Assembly (NCBI GenBank): GCA_964642925.1
Contig: CAZXPJ010000004.1
Coordinates: forward strand, 15,420 to 79,419
DNA: 64,000 bases
Direction: 5' to 3'
From: an uncultured Eubacteriales bacterium
GTDB lineage: Bacteria; Bacillota; Peptococcia; Peptococcales; SKKY01
Positions 9,425 to 19,293 of this stretch are shown one piece after another (the stretch's first letter is position 1; each line of letters begins with the position of its first letter). The notes under the pieces were generated by a model. It worked only from the letters and a program-made list of their open reading frames with translations, did no database searches and was not told where the DNA came from. Position numbers and translations under genes: made by a program.

Positions 9425-10084
9425 TCAACTCCTACCTTTTAACTTATATAAAATACCCGGTATTACAAAAATTAAAAGCAAAATTCCTAGGGCTAACCAA
9501 AATCCAGATTCTCCAGGGGATAAAATATTTGATCCTACATAAGTATAAGCAAAAACTCTAGGAGCAATTCCTATAAATGTTCCAAGGAGATATGGTTTAA
9601 TTTTTACTCCTGATAGTCCTGCTGAATAACTTATTAGATCAAAGCTAATCATAGGAATAAATCTTATAAAAATCATGTTTCTTAAGCCTTTTTCATTAAC
9701 CTTTTCACTAATTGCAGATATTCTACTCCGCCATTTCATTGGGAAAAAATCTATCCCTACTTTATTAGCAATAAAATGTGCTACTCCTGCACCTATTAAA
9801 GATACCCCAATAGCAATTACACCACCCCAAAAACCCCCAAAAGCTAATCCACTAGATAAATAAATTATAGTTATTGGGAAAAAAATTACAGGCCTTATAA
9901 AGGAAAAAGCTAAAAAAACTAATGGACCATAAATGCCATAGGAACTAATGATAACCTGTATGGCAGCCGGATTTATAGCACTATATCTTTTTTGGAGAAA
10001 AGAAAATATTAAGATAAAAACTAAAAAAGAAATAGCTTTTATAATATTTTTCTTAGTAAAAGCACTTTTTAACATTAAAAACAT
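9425..10084 (-). CDS. TVP38/TMEM64 (DedA-related) membrane protein
   Basis: 219 aa. FIRFIPMISFDLISYSAGLSGVK..P is typical of the SNARE-associated/TVP38 family. Confidence 0.75.
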   Translation of the reverse strand: MFLMLKSAFTKKNIIKAISFLVFILIFSFLQKRYSAINPAAIQVIISSYGIYGPLVFLAFSFIRPVIFFPITIIYLSSGLAFGGFWGGVIAIGVSLIGAGVAHFIANKVGIDFFPMKWRSRISAISEKVNEKGLRNMIFIRFIPMISFDLISYSAGLSGVKIKPYLLGTFIGIAPRVFAYTYVGSNILSPGESGFWLALGILLLIFVIPGILYKLKGRS

Positions 10085-10191
10085 AAAACTACCACATTTC
10101 TAAATAAATTCTACTTCTATTCTACCCTAACATTGTCTTAATTAATAGAAAAGGATAAGATATATTTAAATATGATATAAGAGGTGAATCT

Positions 10192-10593
10192 GTGAATTAT
10201 TACCATATTTCCGTAAAGGGTTTTATTTTACATAAAGATAAATACCTTTTTATAAAAAAAGCAAATAATGGATCAAAAAATCAAGGATATTGGGAATTGC
10301 CTGGTGGGGGGTTAGATTTTGCTGAATTACCTGAAAATGCTTTAGCTAGGGAGATAAAAGAAGAAACAGGTTTAAATATAAAGGTTTTAAAACCTCTAAT
10401 TATTTGGAGTTTTCTGAAGAATCAAAACAAACAAGTTATTGGCATTACATACCTATGCGAAACAAAAGAAAATTGTGTCCAAATATCCTCTGAACATGAT
10501 GATTTCATATGGATAACAAAAGAAGAGTTTAATAGCATTTCTATTCTTCCTGAATTAAAAAAAGACATAGAAAAATGGATGGGTTCTTTATAA
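10192..10593 (+). CDS. NUDIX hydrolase
   Basis: Nudix box GGGLDFAELPENALAREIKEETGL. GTG start preceded by AAGAGGTGA. Confidence 0.85.
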   Translation: MNYYHISVKGFILHKDKYLFIKKANNGSKNQGYWELPGGGLDFAELPENALAREIKEETGLNIKVLKPLIIWSFLKNQNKQVIGITYLCETKENCVQISSEHDDFIWITKEEFNSISILPELKKDIEKWMGSL

Positions 10594-10611
10594 AGAACCA
10601 TCCATTTTTTT
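10575..10611 (+). terminator. intrinsic terminator after the NUDIX gene
   Basis: Stem ATGGATGGGTTCTTT / AAAGAACCATCCAT with one bulge, followed by TTTTTTT. Confidence 0.65.
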
Positions 10612-10618
10612 CTTTGTT

Positions 10619-11494
10619 TTATGCTTTTAATCTATTTATTCTGTCATCTAGGTCCGGATGAGAAGATAATAATTTCATCACCTTACCTGGTCCTCCATTT
10701 ATTTTTAATGTTTGTATTGCTTCTTGGTTAGTTTGAACCATTCTAACATTGCTTTTTAATTGTTCTAAAGCCTTAATCATCTTTTCTTTCCCCGCCAAGT
10801 CAGCCCCACCTTGGTCCGCTGTATACTCTCTTTTTCTTGAAAAAGCCATAACAACAAAACTACCTAAAATTCCAAAAAGGAGTTGAAAAACTATAATGGC
10901 TAAAAAATGAACAATTGATGATAGCTCTTCTTTTACGAATCTAGACACTGTAAAAGCAACAACTCTTGAGAGGAAGACCACAAAGGTATTCACGACACCC
11001 TGAATTAAAGTCATAGTAACCATGTCTCCATTGGAAATATGAGCTATTTCATGGGCTAAAACCCCTTCTAAGGCATCCTGATCAATTTTCTGTAATAAGC
11101 CTGATGACACTGCTACTAATGCCTTGTTTTTAGTAGGCCCTGTTGCAAAAGCATTAACCTCTGGGGAATTATAGATTCCCACTTCTGGCATTACAGTAAT
11201 CCCAGCACTTCTAGCTAATTTGTATACTTGATTAATTAAATTTGATTCTATAATGTTTAAATTTCCTTCAGGCTTTATTACTTTAACACCCATCATTTTT
11301 TTTGCCATCCAACGGGATATAGCAAGGGAAATAAAGGATCCTACAAAACCAACAACAGCACTAAAGGCTAGAAGACTTCCATAATCAAGTCCATATTGGG
11401 TAATGTAGTTTCCTATCCCTAGTACAGAAGTTACTAGGACTATGGTAAAGACTACAAGTAAGTTTACTAATACTAAAAGCGAAATTCTTTTCAT
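10619..11494 (-). CDS. htpX: zinc metalloprotease HtpX (M48)
   Basis: HEIAH zinc motif and N-terminal TM helices. I prefer ATG at 11494 because AAGGAG lies 6 nt upstream. The track ORF starts at a GTG inside that SD. Confidence 0.9.
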   Translation of the reverse strand: MKRISLLVLVNLLVVFTIVLVTSVLGIGNYITQYGLDYGSLLAFSAVVGFVGSFISLAISRWMAKKMMGVKVIKPEGNLNIIESNLINQVYKLARSAGITVMPEVGIYNSPEVNAFATGPTKNKALVAVSSGLLQKIDQDALEGVLAHEIAHISNGDMVTMTLIQGVVNTFVVFLSRVVAFTVSRFVKEELSSIVHFLAIIVFQLLFGILGSFVVMAFSRKREYTADQGGADLAGKEKMIKALEQLKSNVRMVQTNQEAIQTLKINGGPGKVMKLLSSHPDLDDRINRLKA

Positions 11495-11566
11495 GCAAAT
11501 CTCCTTCACTAAATATAAATTTAATGATTATCTTACCATGAATTTATGGACAAATAATAAAAAATT

Positions 11567-12421
11567 TTAAACTTTTTGACAACTTTCCTGATAAAGATCG
11601 CTTACGCTTTTATAGACTACTGCAGAAATAACTATTACTCCTCCCAATAAAGCACTAGGGCCCGGAGTCTCCCCCGTTCCTAATAAAACCCAGACTGGAT
11701 TCAAAAGAGGTTCTAATACCGGTATGAGTATACCTTCCAAAGCAGATACTTTTGTAATTCCCGAAGTAAAAAGGATATAGGCTATTCCTAGTTGAAAGAT
11801 ACCAAGGAGTAAGATTCCAGTAATACTCATTAAGTCAAAAGTTAAATCTTTGAAAAATGGCCATGAGAGTAAAAAGGCAAATAAATTACCGAGAATGACA
11901 ATCTCTAAGGGAGAACCATCCTTTATTTTTTTCATAGAAATGATCATTAAACCCATGGATATTCCACTTAGTAGTCCGAAAAAATTTCCTATAAGGTTTC
12001 CACTATTAAGGTCTCCTGTGAAAAACAAGGTCATTCCAACAAAAACAACAATTACAACAGAAACGTCTTTTTTTACCACTTTTTCTTTCAAGATTATAAT
12101 AGAGAACAAAAGAACCCAGGCAGGTGCAGTAAACTGGAGTAAGATTGCATTGGCTGAGCTAGTATATTTATTGGCAACAACAAAAGATGTAACAAGACAA
12201 ACATAGTTTAGCCCAGCCCAAATCTTATATTTGGTAATCTTAGGAAAAAAGGTCCCCGTATTGTAATACCAAAAAATTAGCATAACTACTACAGCAATTC
12301 CACTACGAAATCCAGATATGGCTATTGGGTTCCAATTTACCATTTTTATCAGCAGTCCTCCAGAACTCCAAAGAATTGCAGCTGCTGCTAGAAAAATAAC
12401 TGCCACTTTTTTATCTTGCAT
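11567..12421 (-). CDS. EamA/DMT family transporter
   Basis: 284 aa with about 10 TM helices, arranged as a duplicated EamA domain. Confidence 0.75.
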   Translation of the reverse strand: MQDKKVAVIFLAAAAILWSSGGLLIKMVNWNPIAISGFRSGIAVVVMLIFWYYNTGTFFPKITKYKIWAGLNYVCLVTSFVVANKYTSSANAILLQFTAPAWVLLFSIIILKEKVVKKDVSVVIVVFVGMTLFFTGDLNSGNLIGNFFGLLSGISMGLMIISMKKIKDGSPLEIVILGNLFAFLLSWPFFKDLTFDLMSITGILLLGIFQLGIAYILFTSGITKVSALEGILIPVLEPLLNPVWVLLGTGETPGPSALLGGVIVISAVVYKSVSDLYQESCQKV

Positions 12422-12435
12422 TAATATCCCTCTTT

Positions 12436-15400
12436 TTAAGAGAAATAGGAAATTCCAGCTGAGAACAATTTCATGTCTTTTTCGCTAGGAACGTTAACTC
12501 CAAGACCTTCTCTCATTCTTTCTGTATGCCCCATTTTTCCAAATATTCTTCCATCAGGACTTGTTATACCTTCAATAGCCATTATTGATCCATTAGGATT
12601 ATAAGAGATATCATAGGTAGCTTCATTATTTAAATCCACATATTGAGTAGCTATTTGTCCATTTTTAATAAGAAGGTCAATTTCTTTTTCAGATGCATAA
12701 AACCTTCCCTCACCATGAGAGAGAGCTGATGTTAGGATAGTTCCTATAGGGTAATCTACGAGCCAAGGAGATTTATTAGAAACTACCTTTGTTCTAACTA
12801 AACAGGATACATGTCTTCCTATTTTATTAAAAGTTAGAGTAGGAGAGTCTTCCTCTATATCTCTAATTTCTCCATAAGGTACTAATCCTAGCTTAATTAA
12901 AGCTTGAAAACCATTACAAATTCCAAGCATTAAGCCGTCTCTATTTTTAAGTAAATCCATTATAGCTTCCTTGATCTTTGGATTTCTAAACACAGAAGCA
13001 ATAAATTTACCTGAACCATCCGGCTCGTCTCCTGCACTAAAACCTCCAGGGAGAGCTATAATTTGAGATTCTTTAATATTTTTTACAAATAAATCTATTG
13101 ACTCCTCAATATCCCAGGACTGAAGATTCCTAAAAATCCCTGTAGATACTTTTCCCCCTGCTTCCCTAAAAGCTTTTGCAGTATCATATTCACAATTAGT
13201 TCCTGGAAATACAGGGATAAATACTCTTGGGGATGCTATTTTTATTTTGCTTTTTTTTCTTTCTTTAGAGATATAGTTTATCTCTTTCATAATTCCAGAG
13301 GCTTCTTCTTTAACAGGGAAGATGTTTTCAAAAGTCTCCTCCCATGCTTTCTGTGCTTCCCCTAAATCAATTATTTCGCCATTTATTTTTACAGAACAGT
13401 CCTTTATAGTTTTACCTAAAACGAAATAATTTAATCCTTTAAACATTAGAGCCGGATTCTCATTTTCAGGAATTTCCAATATTAATGATCCATATTCTGG
13501 GAGAAACATTACATTTTTTGGAATACCACCTAAAAATTCAAAACCAATCCTATTTCCAAAACACATCTTGGAAATAGCAGCTGTAGTACCACCATTTCTA
13601 ACACTTTTAGCTGAAAGGATCTTTTTTCCCTGAATTAACTCATAAACCCTAGAATAGTTTTCTTTAATCTGGGAAAAATCCGGAATCTCCATGGAATCTC
13701 TTTCTATACAAAGGAAAATAACCTTACTCCCTGCTTTTTTAAACTCTGGAGATATAACCTTATCCGCTTCTGCTGTTGTTACTGCAAAAGCTACTACAGT
13801 TGGGGGAACATTTATCTCTTTAAAAGTTCCAGACATGCTATCTTTACCACCTATAGCAGGTATTTCTAATTTGTTCATTATATAGTTAGCACCCAGTAAT
13901 GCAATAAAAGGCTTGCCCCATTTTTCAGGGTCAGTTCCTAATTTTTCAAAATATTCTTGTAGACTTAATCTTATCTTTTTATAGTCTCCTCCTATTGCTG
14001 TTACTTTAGCTACTGCTTCTAAAACTGCATATAAAGCACCATGAAAAGGACTCCATTTACCAATTTTAGGATTATAGCCATAGGTCATGACTGTAGAAGT
14101 TTGAGTATTTCCTTCAATTAATGGTACCTTACATACCATTCCCTCCGTTGGAGTAAGTTGCATTTTTCCACCTAGAGGCATTAAGACACTTCCAGCCCCT
14201 ACTGTACTATCAAACATCTCTACTAAGCCTTTTTGACTGGCAACATTAAGATCTTTCAAATTTTCTAACCATAATTCTCCAGTGCTTTTCTTTTCACGAA
14301 GGATATTAGGAATAGAATTAAAATAATTTTCTTCTTCTAGTGGAGACTTTACCATTACTTCTGCATTTTGTTTTACCCCATTACTATCTAAGAATTCTCT
14401 ACTAAGGCTTACAATTTCTTTTCCACGCCACTTCATAATAAGTCTTCCTGTATCAGTAACTTTTGCTACCACCGTTGCTTCAACATTTTCTTCTTTTGAA
14501 AGTTCAATAAACCTAGAAGCATTCTCTTTCGAAACAACTACTGCCATTCTTTCCTGAGATTCAGAAATAGCAAGTTCCGTTCCATCTAACCCTTCATACT
14601 TTTTTGGAATAGCATCCAAGTTAATTTCAAGACTATCAGTGAGCTCTCCAATTGCTACGGATACTCCCCCTGCACCAAAATCATTACATCTCTTTATTAT
14701 TTTACTTACTTTAGGATTTCTAAATAATCTCTGAATTTTTCTTTCTGTAGGGGCATTACCTTTCTGTACTTCTGCTCCGCAAGTAAAAATAGAATCTTCA
14801 TCATGCTCCTTTGAAGAGCCAGTAGCTCCTCCACAACCATCTCGTCCTGTCCTGCCTCCCACAAGAATAACTAAGTCTCCTTCAAGAGGTTTTTCTCTTA
14901 TTACATTTTTCTTGGGTGCAGCAGCTATTACGGCTCCAACTTCCATTCTTTTAGCTACAAAATCTTCATCATAAACTTCCGCTACTTGTCCTGTGGCAAC
15001 ACCTATTTGATTTCCATAGGAACTATAACCTCTAGCTGCTTCCTTAGTAATTTTTCTTTGAGATAATTTCCCTGGAATAGTCTCTTCCACAGGTCTTCTA
15101 GGATCCGCTGCTCCTGTTACTCTCATGGCTTGATAAACATAACTTCTTCCAGAAAGCGGATCTCGGATTGCTCCTCCTAGGCAGGTAGCTGCTCCTCCAA
15201 AAGGCTCTATCTCCGTTGGATGATTATGTGTTTCATTTTTAAACATAATCAAATAATCTTCTTCTTTACCATCTATATCTACTTTCACATTAATGCTACA
15301 AGCATTTATTTCTTCAGAAAGATCCAAATCATCAAGCTTCCCTTTTTTCCTTAACTCTTTCATAGAAATAACAGCCAGATCCATTAAAGTAATATCCCTA

Positions 15401-16212
15401 CTTTTAGCTTCATCTCCATAAACATCATCCCTAGCCTTTAGATAAAGATTATAAGATTCATCGAATATTTGGGAATATTTAGATTCCTCAAAAGTGATTT
15501 TTTCTAAGTTAGTTAAAAAGGTTGTGTGTCTACAATGGTCAGACCAATAGGTATCAATTAATTTTAACTCTGTAATTGTAGGATTCCTATGTTCCGTATC
15601 TTTAAAATAATCTCTAGAAAAAAGCAAATCCTCAAAGGTCATGGCAAATCCATGTTCTAAAGAAAATGCTTTTAATTCAGAATCAGACATGGAGATAAAG
15701 CCTTCAATTATTTCCACATCTTGGGGGACCTCTGTTTTTTGCTCTAAGCTTAGAGGTTTTTCAAAAGAAGCCTCCCTAGAATCCACTGGATTAATTAAAT
15801 ATTCCTTTACTTTCAAAAACTCTTCATCAGAAATTTTCCCAGTTATTACATAAACTTTGGTACTTTTAATAACAGGTTTTTCCTTCTGGGTAAAAATCTG
15901 TATGCATTGTTCTGCAGAGTCACTTCTTTGATCATATTGACCTGGTAAATATTCTACCCCAAAGGCTCTTTCTTCATCAGTTATGAAAATTTTTTCTTCA
16001 TATACTATGTCCGTATTAGCCTCTGAAAAAATATTAGTTTTTGCATTCTCATATTCCTCATCTGTAACTCCTTCAATATCGTATCGGTTTAGCACCCTTA
16101 TTTTCTCAATATTTTTCAATAATAAGTTCTCTTTAATATCCTTTAAAAGATGTTCGCTCTCAATAGAAAAATTCTCTTTTTTTTCCACATAAATTCTTCT
16201 TACAGTATGCAT
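12436..16212 (-). CDS. purL: phosphoribosylformylglycinamidine synthase, single-chain large form
   Basis: About 1258 aa. N-domain, a duplicated AIR-synthase-like core and a C-terminal glutaminase (GICNGFQ). ATG at 16212 is preferred, with GGAG 8 nt upstream. Confidence 0.95.
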   Translation of the reverse strand: MHTVRRIYVEKKENFSIESEHLLKDIKENLLLKNIEKIRVLNRYDIEGVTDEEYENAKTNIFSEANTDIVYEEKIFITDEERAFGVEYLPGQYDQRSDSAEQCIQIFTQKEKPVIKSTKVYVITGKISDEEFLKVKEYLINPVDSREASFEKPLSLEQKTEVPQDVEIIEGFISMSDSELKAFSLEHGFAMTFEDLLFSRDYFKDTEHRNPTITELKLIDTYWSDHCRHTTFLTNLEKITFEESKYSQIFDESYNLYLKARDDVYGDEAKSRDITLMDLAVISMKELRKKGKLDDLDLSEEINACSINVKVDIDGKEEDYLIMFKNETHNHPTEIEPFGGAATCLGGAIRDPLSGRSYVYQAMRVTGAADPRRPVEETIPGKLSQRKITKEAARGYSSYGNQIGVATGQVAEVYDEDFVAKRMEVGAVIAAAPKKNVIREKPLEGDLVILVGGRTGRDGCGGATGSSKEHDEDSIFTCGAEVQKGNAPTERKIQRLFRNPKVSKIIKRCNDFGAGGVSVAIGELTDSLEINLDAIPKKYEGLDGTELAISESQERMAVVVSKENASRFIELSKEENVEATVVAKVTDTGRLIMKWRGKEIVSLSREFLDSNGVKQNAEVMVKSPLEEENYFNSIPNILREKKSTGELWLENLKDLNVASQKGLVEMFDSTVGAGSVLMPLGGKMQLTPTEGMVCKVPLIEGNTQTSTVMTYGYNPKIGKWSPFHGALYAVLEAVAKVTAIGGDYKKIRLSLQEYFEKLGTDPEKWGKPFIALLGANYIMNKLEIPAIGGKDSMSGTFKEINVPPTVVAFAVTTAEADKVISPEFKKAGSKVIFLCIERDSMEIPDFSQIKENYSRVYELIQGKKILSAKSVRNGGTTAAISKMCFGNRIGFEFLGGIPKNVMFLPEYGSLILEIPENENPALMFKGLNYFVLGKTIKDCSVKINGEIIDLGEAQKAWEETFENIFPVKEEASGIMKEINYISKERKKSKIKIASPRVFIPVFPGTNCEYDTAKAFREAGGKVSTGIFRNLQSWDIEESIDLFVKNIKESQIIALPGGFSAGDEPDGSGKFIASVFRNPKIKEAIMDLLKNRDGLMLGICNGFQALIKLGLVPYGEIRDIEEDSPTLTFNKIGRHVSCLVRTKVVSNKSPWLVDYPIGTILTSALSHGEGRFYASEKEIDLLIKNGQIATQYVDLNNEATYDISYNPNGSIMAIEGITSPDGRIFGKMGHTERMREGLGVNVPSEKDMKLFSAGISYFS

Positions 16213-16310
16213 AAACGACACTCCATTCTTGTCTTTTTTTTAATTTTATCATATGCTTAATGATAATTACAGTTAATATATCTAATGCTACTAATAAGGT
16301 GGGCTAATCT

Positions 16311-17198
16311 ATGAACATTAATTTTGAATTCTATAAAGTTTTTTATTATTCTGCCCTTTATCTTAATTTTTCTGAAGCAGCCAAAAAATTGTTTATTAGC
16401 CAATCTGCTATCAGCCAATCCATTAAACAACTAGAAAACCAATTAGGAGTATCCTTATTTTTTAGAAACAAAAAGAAGATTTCTTTAACTCCTCAAGGTT
16501 TAGATCTATTCTCCTATATAGAGAAAGCTTTTATTTTAATTGAATCTGGAGAGAGAAATATAAACACTCACCTAGAGCTTAAAAAAAGGGAACTTAAAAT
16601 TGCAGCTAGTGATACTATTTGTAAATATTATCTATTACCCTACTTTAAACGCTTTAATGAAAACAATCCAGAGGTAAGCTTAAAAATAGTTAACCGGGCT
16701 TCTCCTGTATGTATAGAACTTTTAGAAAAGGGAGAAATCGACCTAGCTGTAGTTAACCTTCCAGAAAAATATAATAAATTTACTAGTTTAAATGTTAACA
16801 TTGTTAGAGAAATAAAGGATATTTTTATTGCAAATAATTCTTTCCCAGAACTTAAAGACAAAAAGCTTTCTCTGAAAGATTTAAATGCCTATCCTTTACT
16901 TCTTTTAGAAAAAAATTCTTCAACGAGAGTTTTCCTTGATGGCTTCTTTAAAAGCTATAATCTTAAAGTCAGCCCTGAAGTTGAACTAGAAAATATTGAT
17001 CTTCTGGTAGAACTTACTAAAATAGGTTTAGGACTATCCTTTGTTATTTATGAAGCTGCAGCTAGTGAGATTGAAGAAGGAAGTGTTTTTCCTATTAATC
17101 TATTAGAAAAGATCCCACGGCGATACTTAGGCTTGTTAAATAATAAGGAACTACCTCTTTCTAATAGTGGAGAGAAATTTATTAATCTTTTTGTTTAG
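16311..17198 (+). CDS. LysR family transcriptional regulator
   Basis: N-terminal HTH FSEAAKKLFISQSAISQSIKQLE and a LysR substrate-binding domain. Divergent from purL. Confidence 0.9.
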   Translation: MNINFEFYKVFYYSALYLNFSEAAKKLFISQSAISQSIKQLENQLGVSLFFRNKKKISLTPQGLDLFSYIEKAFILIESGERNINTHLELKKRELKIAASDTICKYYLLPYFKRFNENNPEVSLKIVNRASPVCIELLEKGEIDLAVVNLPEKYNKFTSLNVNIVREIKDIFIANNSFPELKDKKLSLKDLNAYPLLLLEKNSSTRVFLDGFFKSYNLKVSPEVELENIDLLVELTKIGLGLSFVIYEAAASEIEEGSVFPINLLEKIPRRYLGLLNNKELPLSNSGEKFINLFV

Positions 17199-17252
17199 TT
17201 TGTTTTTTCTGATAGTATTATTTTAAATATATTATAGGAGGAATGTTAAAAA

Positions 17253-18206
17253 ATGGAATATAAAATGCTGGGGAAAACTGGAATAAAAGTCTCTTATTTT
17301 TGTTTTGGAGTTCTTCCTATGGGACCTCTCCAGGCTAATATTTCACCTGAAGAAGGTGGAAGATTACTGAAAAAAGCTTACGCAAAGGGTATTAATTTTA
17401 TTGATACGGCTCAAATGTATAAAACCTACCCCCATATAAAGGAATCTTTAAAAGGCTTAAAAGATAAAGATATTGTTATTGCCTCTAAATCTGGAGCTTC
17501 TGATTACAAAGGAATGGAAGAAGCTATTCATGAAGCTTTAAGGGAATTAGATAGAAATTATATTGATATTTTCCATCTTCATTCAGCAAAAGCTAAGGAG
17601 AATGTTTTTAAAGAAAAAGCAGAAGCTTTAAGATGCCTTCTTGATTATAAAGAAAAAGGTTTAATCAAGGCTGTGGGTATTTCTACTCATAATGTGGATG
17701 TGGTTAAAAAAGCTGCCCTACATCCTGATATAGATGTTGTTTTTCCAATAATAAATCAACCTGGATTTGGAATAATTAATGGGACTACGGAGGATATGCT
17801 TGAAGCAATAAGCCTCTGTGAGGAAAAAGGCAAAGGTCTTTATGCTATGAAAATATTAGCTGGGGGTAATCTTGTTGGGGATATAATTAATGCCTTTGAT
17901 TATGCTAAAAATATAAAAGAAATGAGCTCCCTAGCAATTGGTATGATTAATGATAGAGAGCTGGATTTTAATCTGAAACTTTTTAGCAATGAAATAATAA
18001 CAGAAGATATGATTCCTCAATGTAAAGATAGTAAAAAAATGATTCTTTTGCCAAATAATTGTATAAAATGCCGAAAGTGTATGGCTATGTGTCCTAATGA
18101 TGCTATTTACGTAGAAAATGATATCATGAAAATTGATGAATCAAAATGTCTTCTTTGCGGTTACTGCTCAACGGTATGCCCAGAATTTGCAATTAGAATG
18201 ATTTAG
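17253..18206 (+). CDS. aldo/keto reductase fused to a C-terminal 2x[4Fe-4S] ferredoxin domain
   Basis: AKR N-terminus (MLGKTG, FIDTAQMY). The C-terminus carries CIKCRKCMAMCP and CLLCGYCSTVCP. Confidence 0.8.
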   Translation: MEYKMLGKTGIKVSYFCFGVLPMGPLQANISPEEGGRLLKKAYAKGINFIDTAQMYKTYPHIKESLKGLKDKDIVIASKSGASDYKGMEEAIHEALRELDRNYIDIFHLHSAKAKENVFKEKAEALRCLLDYKEKGLIKAVGISTHNVDVVKKAALHPDIDVVFPIINQPGFGIINGTTEDMLEAISLCEEKGKGLYAMKILAGGNLVGDIINAFDYAKNIKEMSSLAIGMINDRELDFNLKLFSNEIITEDMIPQCKDSKKMILLPNNCIKCRKCMAMCPNDAIYVENDIMKIDESKCLLCGYCSTVCPEFAIRMI

Positions 18207-18207
18207 T

Positions 18208-19275
18208 TTATAGCCACTTCTTTTTTTTAAAATAGAAAAACATTAAAATTCCTATAATAAACATACTTCCCATTACTAAGGGATAGCCAATCCGCCATTC
18301 TAACTCTGGCATATAAACAAAATTCATACCATATACCCCTGCGATAAATGTCAGGGGTATAAATATTGTAGCTATAATTGTTAATACCTTCATAGTTTCA
18401 TTCATTTTAGCACTACTGTTGGAAAGATATAAATCTATAAGATTTGAAAGGTTATCCTTAGATATCTCTATGGTTTCTATTATTTGAACCACATGATCAT
18501 AGAGATCTCTAAAAAAAGGTAAATTCTGTTCTCTAATAACACTACTTTCATTTTTTAAAATTCCTGACATAATTTCCCTTAAAGGCCAAATTGATTTTCT
18601 CAAATAGGTCATTTTCTTTTTCAAATTATGAATTTTGTTCATGATTTCGTAATCATTTCCTAATAATAACTCTTCCTCTAGAAACTCAAGTTTTTCCCCT
18701 GTTTTCTCAAGGATATTATAGTAATTATCTATAATACTATCTAGTAACATATAAGCTAGATAATCTGAATTTTCTTTCCTTAACCTACTGGCCTCTTTTT
18801 CTCTTAAACTTCTCCTAACATAGCCAAAAACATCTCCTGTTTTTTCCTGAAAAGAGATTAGATGATTCTTACCAAAAATCAAGCTTACTTGTTCCCCATC
18901 TATTTCATCATCTCCTTCATCATAGGTAAGCATTTTAAGAATGATAAAAATATATTGTTCATGGTATTCTATCTTAGGTCTGTGTTCTGAATTCAAAATA
19001 TCTTCCTGAGTCAGAGGGTGGATTTTAAAATTTTTACCCACTTCTTGAATAATCTCATGATTATGAATTCCATCCACATCAATCCAAGACTTTACACCTT
19101 CCAAATTTTCCTGAAGGATGCTTTTAGGATCTAAATTCAATTCTTCTTTTAAGAATCCCTCCGAGTATAAAAATCTATTTACTGTAACTTTTTGCGATCT
19201 AGCTTCTCCAATGTAGATTAAGGACCCAGGAGGTGCTCCAGTTTTATCTGATTTAGGTGTTATTTTATCTTTCAT
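18208..19275 (-). CDS. corA: magnesium/cobalt transporter CorA
   Basis: YGMNF (GMN) motif followed by two C-terminal TM helices. 355 aa. Confidence 0.9.
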   Translation of the reverse strand: MKDKITPKSDKTGAPPGSLIYIGEARSQKVTVNRFLYSEGFLKEELNLDPKSILQENLEGVKSWIDVDGIHNHEIIQEVGKNFKIHPLTQEDILNSEHRPKIEYHEQYIFIILKMLTYDEGDDEIDGEQVSLIFGKNHLISFQEKTGDVFGYVRRSLREKEASRLRKENSDYLAYMLLDSIIDNYYNILEKTGEKLEFLEEELLLGNDYEIMNKIHNLKKKMTYLRKSIWPLREIMSGILKNESSVIREQNLPFFRDLYDHVVQIIETIEISKDNLSNLIDLYLSNSSAKMNETMKVLTIIATIFIPLTFIAGVYGMNFVYMPELEWRIGYPLVMGSMFIIGILMFFYFKKKKWL

Positions 19276-19293
19276 GATAAGCCTCCAAATTTT

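Noticed and set aside
16213-16310. A purine riboswitch or PurR-type leader upstream of purL.
   Set aside because: The leader is under 100 nt and shares space with the divergent LysR promoter. None of the conserved purine-aptamer loops is visible.
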